From Eledone cirrhosa (taxonomy: Eukaryota), in contig OZ024743.1 of the NCBI GenBank assembly GCA_964016885.1, forward strand, positions 378,138,001 through 378,202,000: DNA of 64,000 nucleotides, written 5' to 3'. Position 1 is the first letter of the stretch. Every line of letters begins with the position of its first letter. The translations under genes and the position numbers were made by a program. The notes under the pieces were generated by a model. The model did not search any database. It saw nothing but the letters and a program-made list of their open reading frames with translations, and had not been told where the DNA came from. Below, in pieces: positions 1 through 15,500 of the stretch.

Positions 1-3000
1 CCACCACTGCCAACAACACCATTACCATCACACCACCACTCAAAAACACCACTGCCAACAAGACCATTACCATCATACCACCACTCAACAACACCACTGC
101 CAACAACACCATTACCATCATACCACCACTCAACAACACCACTGCCAACAAGACCATTACCATCATACCACCACTCAAAAACACCACTGCCAACAACACC
201 ATTACCATCATACCACCACTCAACAACACCATTACCATCACACCACCACTGCCAACAACACCATTACCATCATACCACCACTCAAAAACACCACTGCCAA
301 CAAGACCATTTCCATCATACCACCACTGACAACAATACCATTACCATCACACCACCACTGCCAACAACACCATTACAATCATACCACCACTCAACAACAC
401 CATTACCATCACACAACCACTGCCAACAACACCACTACCAATAACACCATTACCATCATACCACCACTCAAGAACACCACTGCCAACAACACCATTACCA
501 TCATACCACCACTCAACAACATCATTGACAACAACACCATTACCATCATACTACCACTCAACAACACCATTACCATCACAACACCATTACCATCACACCA
601 CCACTGCCAACAACACCATTACCATCATACTACCACTCAACAACACCATTACCATCACAACACCATTACCATCATACCACCACTCAACAACACCATTACC
701 ATCACACCCCCACTGCCAACAACACCATTACCATCATACCACCACTCAACAACACCACTGCCAACAACACCATTGCCATCATACCACCACTCAACAACGT
801 CACTGCCAACAACACCATTACCATCACACCACCACTGCCAACAACACCATTACCATTATACCATCACTCAACAACACCATTACCATCACAACACCATTAC
901 CATCACACCACCACAGCCAACAACATCACTACCATCACACCACCACTGTCAACAACATCACTACCATCACACCACCACTGCCAACAACACCATTACCATC
1001 ACACCACCACTGACAACAACATCACTACCATCACACCACCACTGCCAACAACATCACTACCATCACACCACCATTACCATCATACCACCACTGCCAAAAA
1101 TACCATTACCATCATACCACCACTGCCAACAACACCATTACCATCATACTACCATTCAACAACATCACTGCCAACAAGACCATAAGCACCACTACCATCA
1201 CAACACCACTGCAAACAACACCATTACCATCACACCACCACTGCCAACAACAACACTACCATCAGACCACCACTGCCAACAACATCACTACCATCACACC
1301 ACCACTGCCAACAACACCATTACCATCACACCACCACTGCCAACAACACCATTACCATCACACCACCACTGCCAACACCATTACCATCATACCACCACTC
1401 AACAACACCATTACCATCACACCACCACTGCCAGCAACGCCATTACCATCATACCACCACTGCCAACAACAACATTACAATCATATCACCACTCAACAAC
1501 ACCATTACCATCATACTACCACTCAACAACATCACTGCCAACAAGAATATTATCATCACAACACCACTGCCAACATCACCACTACCACCACAACATCATT
1601 ACCATCATACCATCACTCAACAACACCATTACCATCACACCACCACTGCCAACAACACCATTACCATCATACCACCACTGCCAACAACACCATTACTATC
1701 ATACCACCACACCACCACTGCCAACAACACCATTACCATCATACCACCACTCAACAACATCACTGCCAACAACACCATTACCATCACACCACCACTGCCA
1801 ACAACACCATTACCATCATACCACCACTGCCAACAACTCCATTACCATCATACCACCACTGCCAACAACACCATTACTATCATACCACCACTTAACAACA
1901 TCACTGCCAACAACACCATTACCATCACACCACCACTGCCAACAGCATCACTACCATCACAGCACCACTGCCAACAACATCACTACCATCACACCACCAC
2001 TGGCAACAACACCATTACCATCACACCACCACTGCCAACAACACCATTACCATCATACCACCACTCAACAACACCATTACCATCACACCACCACTGCCAA
2101 CAACATCACTACCATCACACCACCAACAACATCACTACCATCACACCACCACCTCTAACAACACCATTACCATCCTGCCACCACTCAACACCATTACCAT
2201 CACACCACCACTGCCAACAAAACCATTACCATCCTGCCATCACTCAACACCATTACCATCACACCACCACTGCAACAACACCATTACCATCATACCACCA
2301 CTCAACTAGACCACTGCCAACAACGCCATTACCATCATACAACTGCCAACAACACCATTACCATCACACCACCACTCAACAACATCACTACCATCACACC
2401 ACCACTGCCAACAACACCATTACCATCCTGCCACCACTCAACACCATTACCATCACACCACCACTGCCAACAACACCATTACCATCCTGCCATCACTCAA
2501 CACCATTACCATCACACCACCACTGCAACAACACCATTACCATCATACCACCACTCAACTAGACCACTGCCAACAACGCCATTACCATCATACAACTGCC
2601 AACAACACCATTACCATCACACCACCACTCAACAACATCACTACCATCACACCACCACTGCCAACAACACCATTACCATCACACCACCACTCAACACCAT
2701 TACCATCACACCACCACTGCCAACAACACCATTACCATCATACCACCACTCAACACCATTACCATCATACCACCACTGCTAACAACACCATTACCATCAT
2801 ACAACCACTCATCAACACCACTACCAACAACACCATTACCATCACACCACCACTGCCAACAACACCATTACCATAATATTACCACTGCCAACAACTCCAT
2901 TACCATCATACCACCACTGCCAACAACACCATTACCATCATACCACCACTCAACAACACCATTACCATCACACCACCACTGCCAACAACATCACTAACAT

Positions 3001-6000
3001 CACACAACCACTGACAACAACATCACTACCATCACACCAACACTGCCAACAACATCATTACCATCACACCATCACTGGCAACAACGCCATTACCATCACA
3101 CCACCACTGCCAACAGCACCATTACCATCATACCACCACTCAACAACACCATTACCATCACACCACCACTGCCAACAACATCACTACCATCACACCACCA
3201 CTGCCAACAACACCATTTCCATCACACCACCACTGCCAACAACACCACTCAACAACATCACTACCATCACACCACCACTGCCAACAACACCATTACCATC
3301 ATACCACCACTGCCAACAACACCATTACCATCATACCACCACTCAACAACACCATTATCATCACACCACCACTGCCAACAACACCATTACCATCATACCA
3401 CCACTGCCAGCAACACCATTACCATCATACCACCACTCAACACCATTACCATCACACCACCACTGCCAACAACACCATTACCATCATACCACCACTCATC
3501 AACACCACTGCCAACAACTCCATTACCATCATACCACCACCGCCAACAACACCATTACCATCATACCACCACTCATCAACACCACTGCCAACAACACCAT
3601 TACCATCACACCACCACTGCCAACAACACCATTACCATCATACCACCACTCATCAACACCATTACCATCACACCACCACTGCCAACAACACCATTACCAT
3701 CACACCACCACTGCCAACAACATCACTACCATCACACCACCACTGCCAACAACATCACTACCATCACACCACCACTGCCAACAACATCACTACCATCATA
3801 CCACCACTGCCAACAACACCATTACCATCATACCACCACTCAACAACACCATTACCATCACACCACCACTGCCAACAACACCATTACCATCACACAACGA
3901 CTGCCAACAACACCATTACCATCATACCACCACTCAAGAACACCACTGCCAACAACACCATTACCATCATACCACCACTCAACAACATCATTGACAACAA
4001 CACCATTACCATCATACTACCACTCAACAACACCATTACCATCACACCACCACTGCCAACAACACCATTACCATCACACCACCACTGCCAACAACATCAC
4101 TACCATCACACCACCACTACCAACAACATCACTACCATCACACCACCACTGCCAACAACATCACTACCATCACACCACTACTGCCAACAACACCATTACC
4201 ATCATACCACCACTGCCAACAACACCATTACCATCATACCACCACTCAACAACACCATTACCATCACACCACCACTGCCAACAACACCATTACCATCATA
4301 CCACCACTCAAAAACACCACTGCCAACAACACCATTACCATCATACCACCACACAACAACACCATTACCATCACACCACCACTGCCAACAACACCATTAC
4401 AATCATACCACCACTCAACAACACCATTACCATCACACAACCACTGCCAACAACACCACTACCAACAACACCATTACCATCATACCACCACTCAAGAACA
4501 CCACTGCCAACAACACCATTACCATCATACCACCACTGCCAACAACACCATTACCATCATACCACCACTGCCAACAACACCACTACCAATAACACCATTA
4601 CCATCATACCACCACTCAAGAACACCACTGCCAACAACACCATTACCATCATACCACCACTCAACAACATCATTGACAACAACACCATTACCATCATACT
4701 ACCACTCAACAACACCATTACCATCACACCACCACTGCCAACAACACCATTACCATCATACTACCACTCAACAACACCATTACCATCACAACACCATTAC
4801 TATCATACCACCACTTAACAACATCACTGCCAACAACACCATTACCATCACACCACCACTGCCAACAGCATCACTACCATCACAGCACCACTGCCAACAA
4901 CATCACTACCATCACACCACCACTGGCAACAACACCATTACCATCATACCACCACTCAACAACACCATTACCATCACACCACCACTGCCAACAACATCAC
5001 TACCATCACACCACCAACAACATCACTACCATCACACCACCACCTCTAACAACACCATTACCATCCTGCCACCACTCAACACCATTACCATCACACCACC
5101 ACTGCAACAACACCATTACCATCATACCACCACTCAACTAGACCACTGCCAACAACGCCATTACCATCACACCACCACTCAACACCATTACCATCACACC
5201 ACCACTGCCAACAACACCATTACCATCATACCACCACTCAACACCATTACCATCACACCACCACTGCCAACAACACCATTACCATCACACCACCACTGCC
5301 AACAACACCATTACCATCATACCACCACTCAACACCATTACCATCACACCACCACTGCCAACAACACTATTACCATCACGCCACCACTGCCAACAACACC
5401 ATTACCATCATACCACCACTGCCAACAATACCATTACCATCACACCACCACTGCCAACAACATCACTACCATCATACCACCACTCAACAACACCATTACC
5501 ATCATACCACCACTGCCAACCACATCACTACCGTCACAACACCACTGCCAACACCATTACCATCATACCACCACTGCCAACAACACCATTACCATCACAC
5601 CACCACTGCCAACAACACCATTACCATCACACCACCACTGCCAACAACACCATTACCATCACACCACCACTGCCAACAACATCACTATCATCACTCCACC
5701 ACTGCCAACAACACCATTACCATCACACCACCGCTGCCAACAACATCACTACCATCACACCACCGCTGCCAACAACATCACTACCATCACACCACCACTG
5801 CTAACAAAACCATTACCATCACACCACCACTGCCAACAACATCACTACCATCACACCACCACTGCCAACAACATCACTACCATCACACCACCACAGCCAA
5901 CAACAACACTACCATCACACCACCACTGCCAACAACATCACTACCATCATACCACCACTGCCAACAACACCATTACCATCATACCACCACTCAACAACAC

Positions 6001-6300
6001 CATTACCATCACACCACCACTGCCAACAACACCATTACCATCATACCACCACTGCCAACAACACCATTACCATCATACAACCACTCAACACCATTACCAT
6101 CATACAACCACTCAACACCATTACCATCATACCACCACTGCCAACAACACCATTACCATCATACCACCACTGCCAACAACATCATTACCATCATACCACC
6201 ACTGCCAACAACACCATTACCATCATACCACCACTGCCAACAACACCATTACCATCATACCACCACTCAACCACACCACTGCCAACAGCACCACTACCAT
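1..6300. repeat. Degenerate CA-rich minisatellite, units of 27/30/32 bp (consensus ACCACCACT[GC]CAACAACACCATTACCATCA[C/T]); runs off the left edge
   Basis: Continuous reiteration of accaccactgccaacaacaccattaccatcac and its shorter variants; the H/T/P/N-rich ORFs are translations of this unit. Confidence 0.95.
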
Positions 6301-6392
6301 CTCAGTAACACTTCTGCAAATTTGTCACCAGAATTTGAGTAGCTAAAGGTTTATCACTGGGATGTAATTCTATAAGGCAAGTAGAGGTAATT

Positions 6393-6448
6393 CATCAACA
6401 TCCTTTAACACCCCTTTTCCCTACTAGCAAGTGTTGGATAGGTTGTCA
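6393..6448 (-). mobile_element. Decayed 3' terminus of an RTE-tailed SINE/LINE (left flank of the satellite)
   Basis: catcaacatcctttaacaccccttttccctactagcaagtgttggataggttgtc aligns by eye with the tail catcatcaccgttttacgtccgttcttccacgctagcatgggttagacgggttgtc at about 46129-46184. Confidence 0.55.
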
Positions 6449-6500
6449 AGGACCGTGTCAGTATTCAAGCAGAACTACTAACCTCTTGAATAGGTCAGGC

Positions 6501-9500
6501 GCCTGCATCTCCCTTAAATATGTTCCTGCACTCAACCAAATGCTCACATGGGCTAATGGCCTGTATCTCCCTTACATATGTTCCTGCACTCAAACAAATG
6601 CTCACATGGGCTAATGGCCTGTATCTCCCTTAAATATGTTCCTGCTCTATACCAAATGCTCACATGGGCTAATGGCCTGTATCTCCCTTACATATGTTCC
6701 TGCTCAACATCAAATGCTCACATGGGCTAATGGCCTGTATCTCCCTTACATATGTTCCTGCACTCAACCAAATGCTAACATGGGCCAATGGCCTGTATCT
6801 CCCTTACATATGTTCCTGCACTCAACCAAATGCTCACATGGGCCAATGGCCTGTATCTCCCTTACATATGTTCCTGCACTCAACCAAATGTTCACATGGG
6901 CCAATGGCCTGTATCTCCCTTACATATGTTCCTGCACTCAACCAAATGCTCACATGGGCTAATGGCCTGTATCTCCCTTACATATGTTCCTGCACTCAAC
7001 CAAATGCTCACATGGGCTAATGGCCTGTATCTCCCTTACATATGTTCCTGCTCTATACCAAATGCTCACATGGGCTAATGGCCTGTATCTCCCTTACATA
7101 TGTTCCTGCTCTATACCAAATGCTCACATGGGGTAATGGCCTGTATCTCCCTTACATATGTTCCTGCTCAATACCAAATGCACACATGGGCTAATGGCCT
7201 ACATCTCCCCTACATATGCTCCTGCTCTATACCAAATTCTCACATGGGCTAATGGACTGTATCTCCCTTACATATGTTCCTGCTCTATACCAAATGCTCA
7301 CATGGACTAATGGCCTGTATCTCCTTTACATATGTTCCTGCTCTATACCAAATGCTCACATGGGCTAATGGCCTACATCTCCCTTACATATGTTCCTGCT
7401 CTATACCAAATGCTCACATGGGCTAATGGCCTGTATCTCCCTTACATATGTTCCTGCACTCAACCAAATGCTCACATGGGCTATTGGCCTGTATCTCCCT
7501 TACATATGTTCCTGCACTCAACCAAATGCTCACATGGGCTAATGGCCTGTATCTCCCTTACATATGTTCCTGCTGAATACCAAATGCTCACATGGGCTAA
7601 TGGCCTGTATCTCCCTTACATATGTTCCTGCTGAATACCAAATGCTCACATGGGCTAATGGCCTGTATCTCCCTTAAATATGTTCCTGCTGAATACCAAA
7701 TGCTCACATGGGCTAATGGCCTGTATCTCCCTTACATATGTTCCTGCTCTATACCAAATGCTCACATGGGCTAATGGCCTGTATCTCCCTTACATATGTT
7801 CATGCTGAATACCAAATGTTCACATGGGCTAATGGCCTGTATCTCCCTTAAATATGTTCCTGCTCAATACCAAATGCTCACATGGGCTAATGGCCTGTAT
7901 CTCCCTTACATATGTTCCTGCTCTATACCAAATGCTCACATGGGCTAATGGCCTGTATCTCCCTTAAATATGTTCCTGCTCTATACCAAATGCTCACATG
8001 GGCTAATGGCCTGTATCTCCCTTACATATGTTCCTGCTCAATACCAAATGCTCACATGGGCTAATGGCCTACATCTCCCTTACATATGTTCCTGCTCAAT
8101 ACCAAATGCTCACATGGGCTAATGGCCTACATCTCCCCTACATATGTTCCTTCTCTATACCAAATGCTCACATGGGCTAATGGCCTGTATCTCCCTTACA
8201 TATGTTCCTGCACTCAACCAAATGCTCATATGGGCTAATGGCCTGTATCTCCCTTACATATGTTCCTGCACTCAACCAAATGCTCACATGGGCTAATGGC
8301 CTACATCTCCCTTACATATGTTCCTGCTCTATACCAAATGCGCACATGGACTAATGGCCTGTATCTCCCTTACATATGTTCCTGCTCTATACCAAATGCT
8401 CACATGGGCTAATGGCCTGTATCTCCCTTACATATGTTCCTGCTCAATACCAAATGCTCACATGGGCTAATGGCCTGTATCTCCCTTACATATGTTCCTG
8501 CACTCAACCAAATGCTCATATGGGCTAATGGCCTGTATCTCCCTTAAATATGTTCCTGCACTCAACCAAATGCTCACATGGGCTAATGGCCTACATCTCC
8601 CTTACATATGTTCCTGCTCTATACCAAATGCGCACATGGACTAATGGCCTGTATCTCCCTTACATATGTTCCTGCTCTATACCAAATGCTCACATGGGCT
8701 AATGGCCTACATCTCCCTTACATATGTTCCTGCTCTATACCAAATGCTCACATGGGCTAATGGCCTGTATCTCCATTACATATGTTCCTGCTCTATACCA
8801 AATGCTCACATGGGCTAATGGCCTGTATCTCCCTTACATATGTTCCTGCTGAATACCAAATGCTCACATGGGCTAATGGCCTACATCTCCCTTACATATG
8901 TTCCTGCTCTATACCAAATGCTCACATGGGCTAATGGCCTGTATCTCCCTTACATATGTTCCTGCACTCAACCAAATGCTCACATGGGCTAATGGCCTGT
9001 ATCTCCCTTACATATGTTCTTGCACTCAACCAAATGCTCACATGGGCTAATGGCCTGTATCTCCCTTACATATGCTCCTGCTGAATACCAAATGCTCACA
9101 TGGGCTAATGGCCTACATCTCCCTTACATATGTTCCTGCTCTATACCAAATGCTCACATGGGCTAATGGCCTGTATCTCTCTTACATATGTTCCTGCACT
9201 CAACCAAATGCTCACATGGGCTAATGGCTTGTATCTCCCTTACATGTGTTCCTGCACTCAACCAAATGCTCACATGGGCTAATGGCCTGTATCTCCCTTA
9301 TATATGTTCCTGCTCAATACCAAATGCTCACATGGGATAATGGCCTGAATCTCCCTTACATATGTTCCTGCTCAATACCAAATGCTCACATGTGCTAATG
9401 GCCTGTATCTCCCTTACATATGTTCCTGATCAATAACAAATGCTCACATGGACTAATGGCCTGTATCTCGCTTACATATGTTCCTGCACTCAACCAAATG

Positions 9501-12500
9501 CTCACATGGGCTAATGGCCTGTATCTCCCTTACATATGTTCCTGCACTCAACCAAATGCTCACATGGGCTAATGGCCTGTATCTCCCTTAAATATGTTCC
9601 TGCTCAATACCAAATGCTCACATGGGCTAATGGCCTACATCTCCCCTACATATGTTCCTGCTCAATACCAAATGCTCACATGGGCCAATGGCCTACATCT
9701 CCCCTACATATGTTCCTGCACTATACCAAATTCTCACATGGGCTAATGGACTGTATCTCCCTTACATATGTTCCTGCTCAATACCAAATGCTCACATGGG
9801 CTAATGGCCTGTATCTCCCTTACAGATGTTCCTGCTCTATACCAAATGCTCACATGGGCTAATGGCCTGTATCTTCCTTACATATGTTCCTGCTCAATAC
9901 CAAATGCTCACATGGGCTAATGGCCTATATCTCCCTCAAATATGTGTCCTGCTCTATACCAAATGCTCACATGGGCCAATGGCCTGTATCTCCCTTAAAT
10001 ATGTTGCTGCTCTATACCAAATGCTCACATGGGCTAATGGCCTGTATCTCCCTTACATATGTTCCTGCACTCAACCAAATGCTCATATAGGCTAATGGCC
10101 TGTATCTCCCTTACATATGTTCCTGCTCTATACCAAATGCTCACATGGGCTAATGGCCTACATCTCCCTTACATATGTTCCTGCTCTATACCGAATGCTC
10201 ACATGGGCTAATGGCCTGTATCTCCCTTACATATGTTCCTGCTGAATACCAAATGCTCACAAGGGCTAATGGCCTGTATCTCCCTTAAATATGTTCCTGC
10301 TCAATACCAAATGCTCACATGGGCTAATGGCCTGTATCTCCCTTACATATGTTCCTGCTCTATACCAAATGCTCACATGGGCTGATGACCTGTATCTCCC
10401 TTACATATGTTCCTGCTCTATACCAAATGCTCACATGGGCTAAGGGCCTGTATCTCCCTTAAATATGTTCCTGCTCTATACCAAATGCTAACATGGGCTA
10501 ATGGCCTGTATCTCCCTTACATATGTTCCTGCTCAATATCAAATGCTCACATGGGCTAATGGCCTGTATCTCCCTTAAATATGTTCCTACTCTATACCAA
10601 ATGCTCACATGGGCTAATGGCCTGTATCTCCCTTACATATGTTCCTGCTCAATACCAAATGCTCACATGGGCTAATGGCCTATACCTCCCTCAAATATGT
10701 TCCTGCTCTATACCAAATGCTCACATGGGCCAATGGCCTGTATCTCCCTTAAATATGTTGCTGCTTTATACCAAATGCTCACATGGGCTAATGGCCTGTA
10801 TCTCCCTTACATATGTTCCTGCTCTATACCAAATTCTCACATGGGCTAATGGACTGTATCTCCCTTACATATGTTCATGCTCTATACCAAATGCTCACAT
10901 GGATTAATGGCCTGTATCTCCCTTACATATGTTCCTGCTCTATACCAAATGCTCACATGGGCTAATGGCCTACATCTCCCTTACATATGTTCCTGCTCTA
11001 TACCAAATGCTCACATGGGCTAATGGCCTGTATCTCCCTTACATATGTTCCTGCACTCAACCAAATGCTCACATGGGCTAATGGCCTGTATCTCCCTTAC
11101 ATATGTTCCTGCACTCAACCAAATGCTCACATGGGCTAATGGCCTGTATCTCCCTTACATATGTTCCTGCTCTATACCAAATGCTCACATGGGCTAATGG
11201 CCTACATCTCCCTTACATATGTTCCTGCTCTATACCAAATGCTCACATGGGCTAATGGCCTGTATCTCCCTTACATATGTTCCTGCTCTATACCAAATGC
11301 TCACATGGGGTAATGGCCTGTACCTCCCTCAAATATGTTCCTGCTCTATACCAAATGCTCACATGGGGTAATGGCCTACATCACCCCTACATATGTTCCT
11401 GCTCTATACCAAATGCTCACATGGGCTGATGGCCTGTATCTCCCTTACATATGTTCCTGCTGAATACCAAATGCTCACATGGGCTAATGGCCTGTATCTC
11501 CCTTAAATATATTCCTGCTCAATACCAAATGCTCACATGGGCTAATGGCCTGTATCTCCCTTAAATATGTTCCTGCTCAATACCAAATGCTCACATGGGC
11601 TAATGGCCTACATCTCCCTTACATATGTTCCTGCTCAATACCAAATGCTCACATGGGCTAATGGCCTACATCTCCCCTACATATGTTCCTGCTCAATACC
11701 AAATGCTCACATGGGCCAATGGCCTACATCTCCCCTACATATGTTCCTGCACTATACCAAATTCTCACATGGGCTAATGGACTGTATCTCCCTTACATAT
11801 GTTCCTGCTCTATACCAAATGCTCACATGGGCTAATGGCCTGTATCTCCCTTACATATGTTCCTGCTCAATACCAAATGCTCACATGGGCTAATGGCCTA
11901 TATCTCCCTCAAATATGTTCCTGCTCTATACCAAATGCTCACATGGGCTAATGGCCTGTATCTCCCTTACATATGTTCCTGCACTCAACCAAATGCTCAT
12001 ATAGGCTAATGGCCTGTATCTCCCTTACATATGTTCCTGCTCTATACCAAATGCTCACATGGGCTAATGGCCTACATCTCCCTTACATATGTTCCTGCTC
12101 TATACCGAATGCTCACATGGGCTAATGGCCTGTATCTCCCTTACATATGTTCCTGCTGAATACCAGATGCTCACAAGGGCTAATGGCCTGTATCTCCCTT
12201 AAATATGTTCCTGCTCAATACCAAATGCTCACATGGGCTAATGGCCTGTATCTCCCTTACATATGTTCCTGCTCTATACCAAATGCTCACATGGGCTGAT
12301 GGCCTGTATCTCCCTTACATATGTTCCTGCTGAATACCAAATGCTCACATGGGCTAATGGCCTGTATCTCCCTTAAATATGTTCCTGCTCAATACCAAAT
12401 GCTCACATGGGCTAATGGCCTGTATCTCCCTTAAATATGTTCCTGCTCAATACCAAATGCTCACATGGGCTAATGGCCTACATCTCCCTTACATATGTTC

Positions 12501-15500
12501 CTGCTCAATACCAAATGCTCACATGGGCCAATGGCCTACATCTCCCCTACATATGTTCCTGCACTATACCAAATTCTCACATGGGCTAATGGACTGTATC
12601 TCCCTTACATATGTTCCTGCTCTATACCAAATGCTCACATGGGCTAATGGCCCGTATCTCCCTTACATATGTTCCTGCTCAATACCAAATGCTCACATGG
12701 GCTAATGGCCTATATCTCCCTCAAATATGTTCCTGCTCTATACCAAATGCTCACATGGGCCAATGGCCTGTATCTCCCTTAAATATGTTGCTGCTCTATA
12801 CCAAATGCTCACATGGGCTAAGGGCCTGTATCTCCCTTAAATATGTTCCTGCTCTATACCAAATGCTCACATGGGCTAATGGCCTGTATCTCCCTTACAT
12901 ATGTTCCTGCTCAATACCAAATGCTCACATGGGCTAATGGCCTGTATCTCCCTTAAATATGTTCCTGCTCAATACCAAATGCTCACATGGGCTAATGGCC
13001 TACATCTCCCTTACATATGTTCCTGCTCAATACCAAATGCTCACATGGGCTAATGGCCTACATCTCCCCTACATATGTTCCTGCTCAATACCAAATGCTC
13101 ACATGGGCCAATGGCCTACATCTCCCCTACATATGTTCCTGCACTATACCAAATTCTCACATGGGCTAATGGATTGTATCTCCCTTACATATGTTCCTGC
13201 TCTATACCAAATGCTCACATGGGCTAATGGCCTGTATCTCCCTTACATATGTTCCTGCTCAATACCAAATGCTCACATGGGCTAATGGCCTATATCTCCC
13301 TCAAATATGTTCCTGCTCTATACCAAATGCTCACATGGGCTAAGGGCCTGTATCTCCCTTAAATATGTTCCTGCTCTATACCAAATGCTCACATGGGCTA
13401 ATGGCCTGTATCTCCCTTACATATGTTCCTGCTCAATACCAAATGCTCACATGGGCTAATGGCCTGTATCTCCCTTAAATATGTTCCTACTCTATACCAA
13501 ATGCTCACATGGGCTAATGGCCTGTATCTCCCTTACATATGTTCCTGCTCAATACCAAATGCTCACATGGGCTAATGGCCTATACCTCCCTCAAATATGT
13601 TCCTGCTCTATACCAAATGCTCACATGGGCCAATGGCCTGTATCTCCCTTAAATATGTTGCTGCTCTATACCAAATGCTCACATGGGCTAATGGCCTGTA
13701 TCTCCCTTACATATGTTCCTGCTCTATACCAAATTCTCACATGGGCTAATGGACTGTATCTCCCTTACATATGTTCATGCTCTATACCAAATGCTCACAT
13801 GGATTAATGGCCTGTATCTCCCTTACATATGTTCCTGCTCTATACCAAATGCTCACATGGGCTAATGGCCTACATCTCCCTTACATATGTTCCTGCTCTA
13901 TACCAAATGCTCACATGGGCTAATGGCCTGTATCTCCCTTACATATGTTCCTGCACTCAACCAAATGCTCACATGGGCTAATGGCCTGTATCTCCCTTAC
14001 ATATGTTCCTGCACTCAACCAAATGCTCACATGGGCTAATGGCCTGTATCTCCCTTACATATGTTCCTGCTCTATACCAAATGCTCACATGGGCTAATGG
14101 CCTACATCTCCCTTACATATGTTCCTGCTCTATACCAAATGCTCACATGGGCTAATGGCCTGTATCTCCCTTACATATGTTCCTGCTCTATACCAAATGC
14201 TCACATGGGGTAATGGCCTGTACCTCCCTCAAATATGTTCCTGCTCTATACCAAATGCTCACATGGGGTAATGGTCTACATCACCCCTACATATGTTCCT
14301 GCTCTATACAAAATGCTCACATGGGCTGATGGCCTGTATCTCCCTTACATATGTTCCTGCTGAATACCAAATGCTCACATGGGCTAATGGCCTGTATCTC
14401 CCTTAAATATGTTCCTGCTCAATACCAAATGCTCACATGGGATAATGGCCTGTATCTCCCTTAAATATGTTCCTGCTCAATACCAAATGCTCACATGGGC
14501 TAATGGCCTGTATCTCCCTTACATATGTTCCTGCACTCAACCAAATGCTCATATAGGCTAATGGCCTGTATCTCCCTTACATATGTTCCTGCTCTATACC
14601 AAATGCTCACATGGGCTAATGGCCTACATCTCCCTTACATATGTTCCTGCTCTATACCGAATGCTCACATGGGCTAATGGCCTGTATCTCCCTTACATAT
14701 GTTCCTGCTGAATACCAGATGCTCACAAGGGCTAATGGCCTGTATCTCCCTTAAATATGTTCCTGCTCAATACCAAATGCTCCATGGGCTAATGGCCTGT
14801 ATCTCCCTTACATATGTTCCTGCTCTATACCAAATGCTCACATGGGCTGATGGCCTGTATCTCCCTTACATATGTTCCTGCTCTATACCAAATGCTCACA
14901 TGGGCTAATGGCCTATATCTCCCTCAAATATGTTCCTGCTCTATACCAAATGCTCACATGGGCCAATGGCCTGTATCTCCCTTAAATATGTTGCTGCTCT
15001 ATACCAAATGCTCACATGGGCTAATGGCCTGTATCTCCCTTACATATGTTCCTGCACTCAACCAAATGCTCATATAGGCTAATGGCGTGTATCTCCCTTA
15101 CATATGTTCCTGCTCTATACCAAATGCTCACATGGGCTAATGGCCTACATCTCCCTTACATATGTTCCTGCTCTATACCGAATGCTCACATGGGCTAATG
15201 GCCTGTATCTCCCTTACATATGTTCCTGCTGAATACCAGATGCTCACAAGGGCTAATGGCCTGTATCTCCCTTAAATATGTTCCTGCTCAATACCAAATG
15301 CTCACATGGGCTAATGGCCTGTATCTCCCTTACATATGTTCCTGCTCTATACCAAATGCTCACATGGGCTGATGGCCTGTATCTCCCTTACATATGTTCC
15401 TGCTCTATACCAAATGCTCACATGGGCTAAGGGCCTGTATCTCCCTTAAATATGTTCCTGCTCTATACCAAATGCTCACATGGGCTAATGGCCTGTATCT

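Noticed and set aside
525-6346. Long His/Thr/Pro-rich ORFs
   Set aside because: Translations of a G-poor repeat that rarely forms stop codons; overlapping ORFs in all frames and no domain
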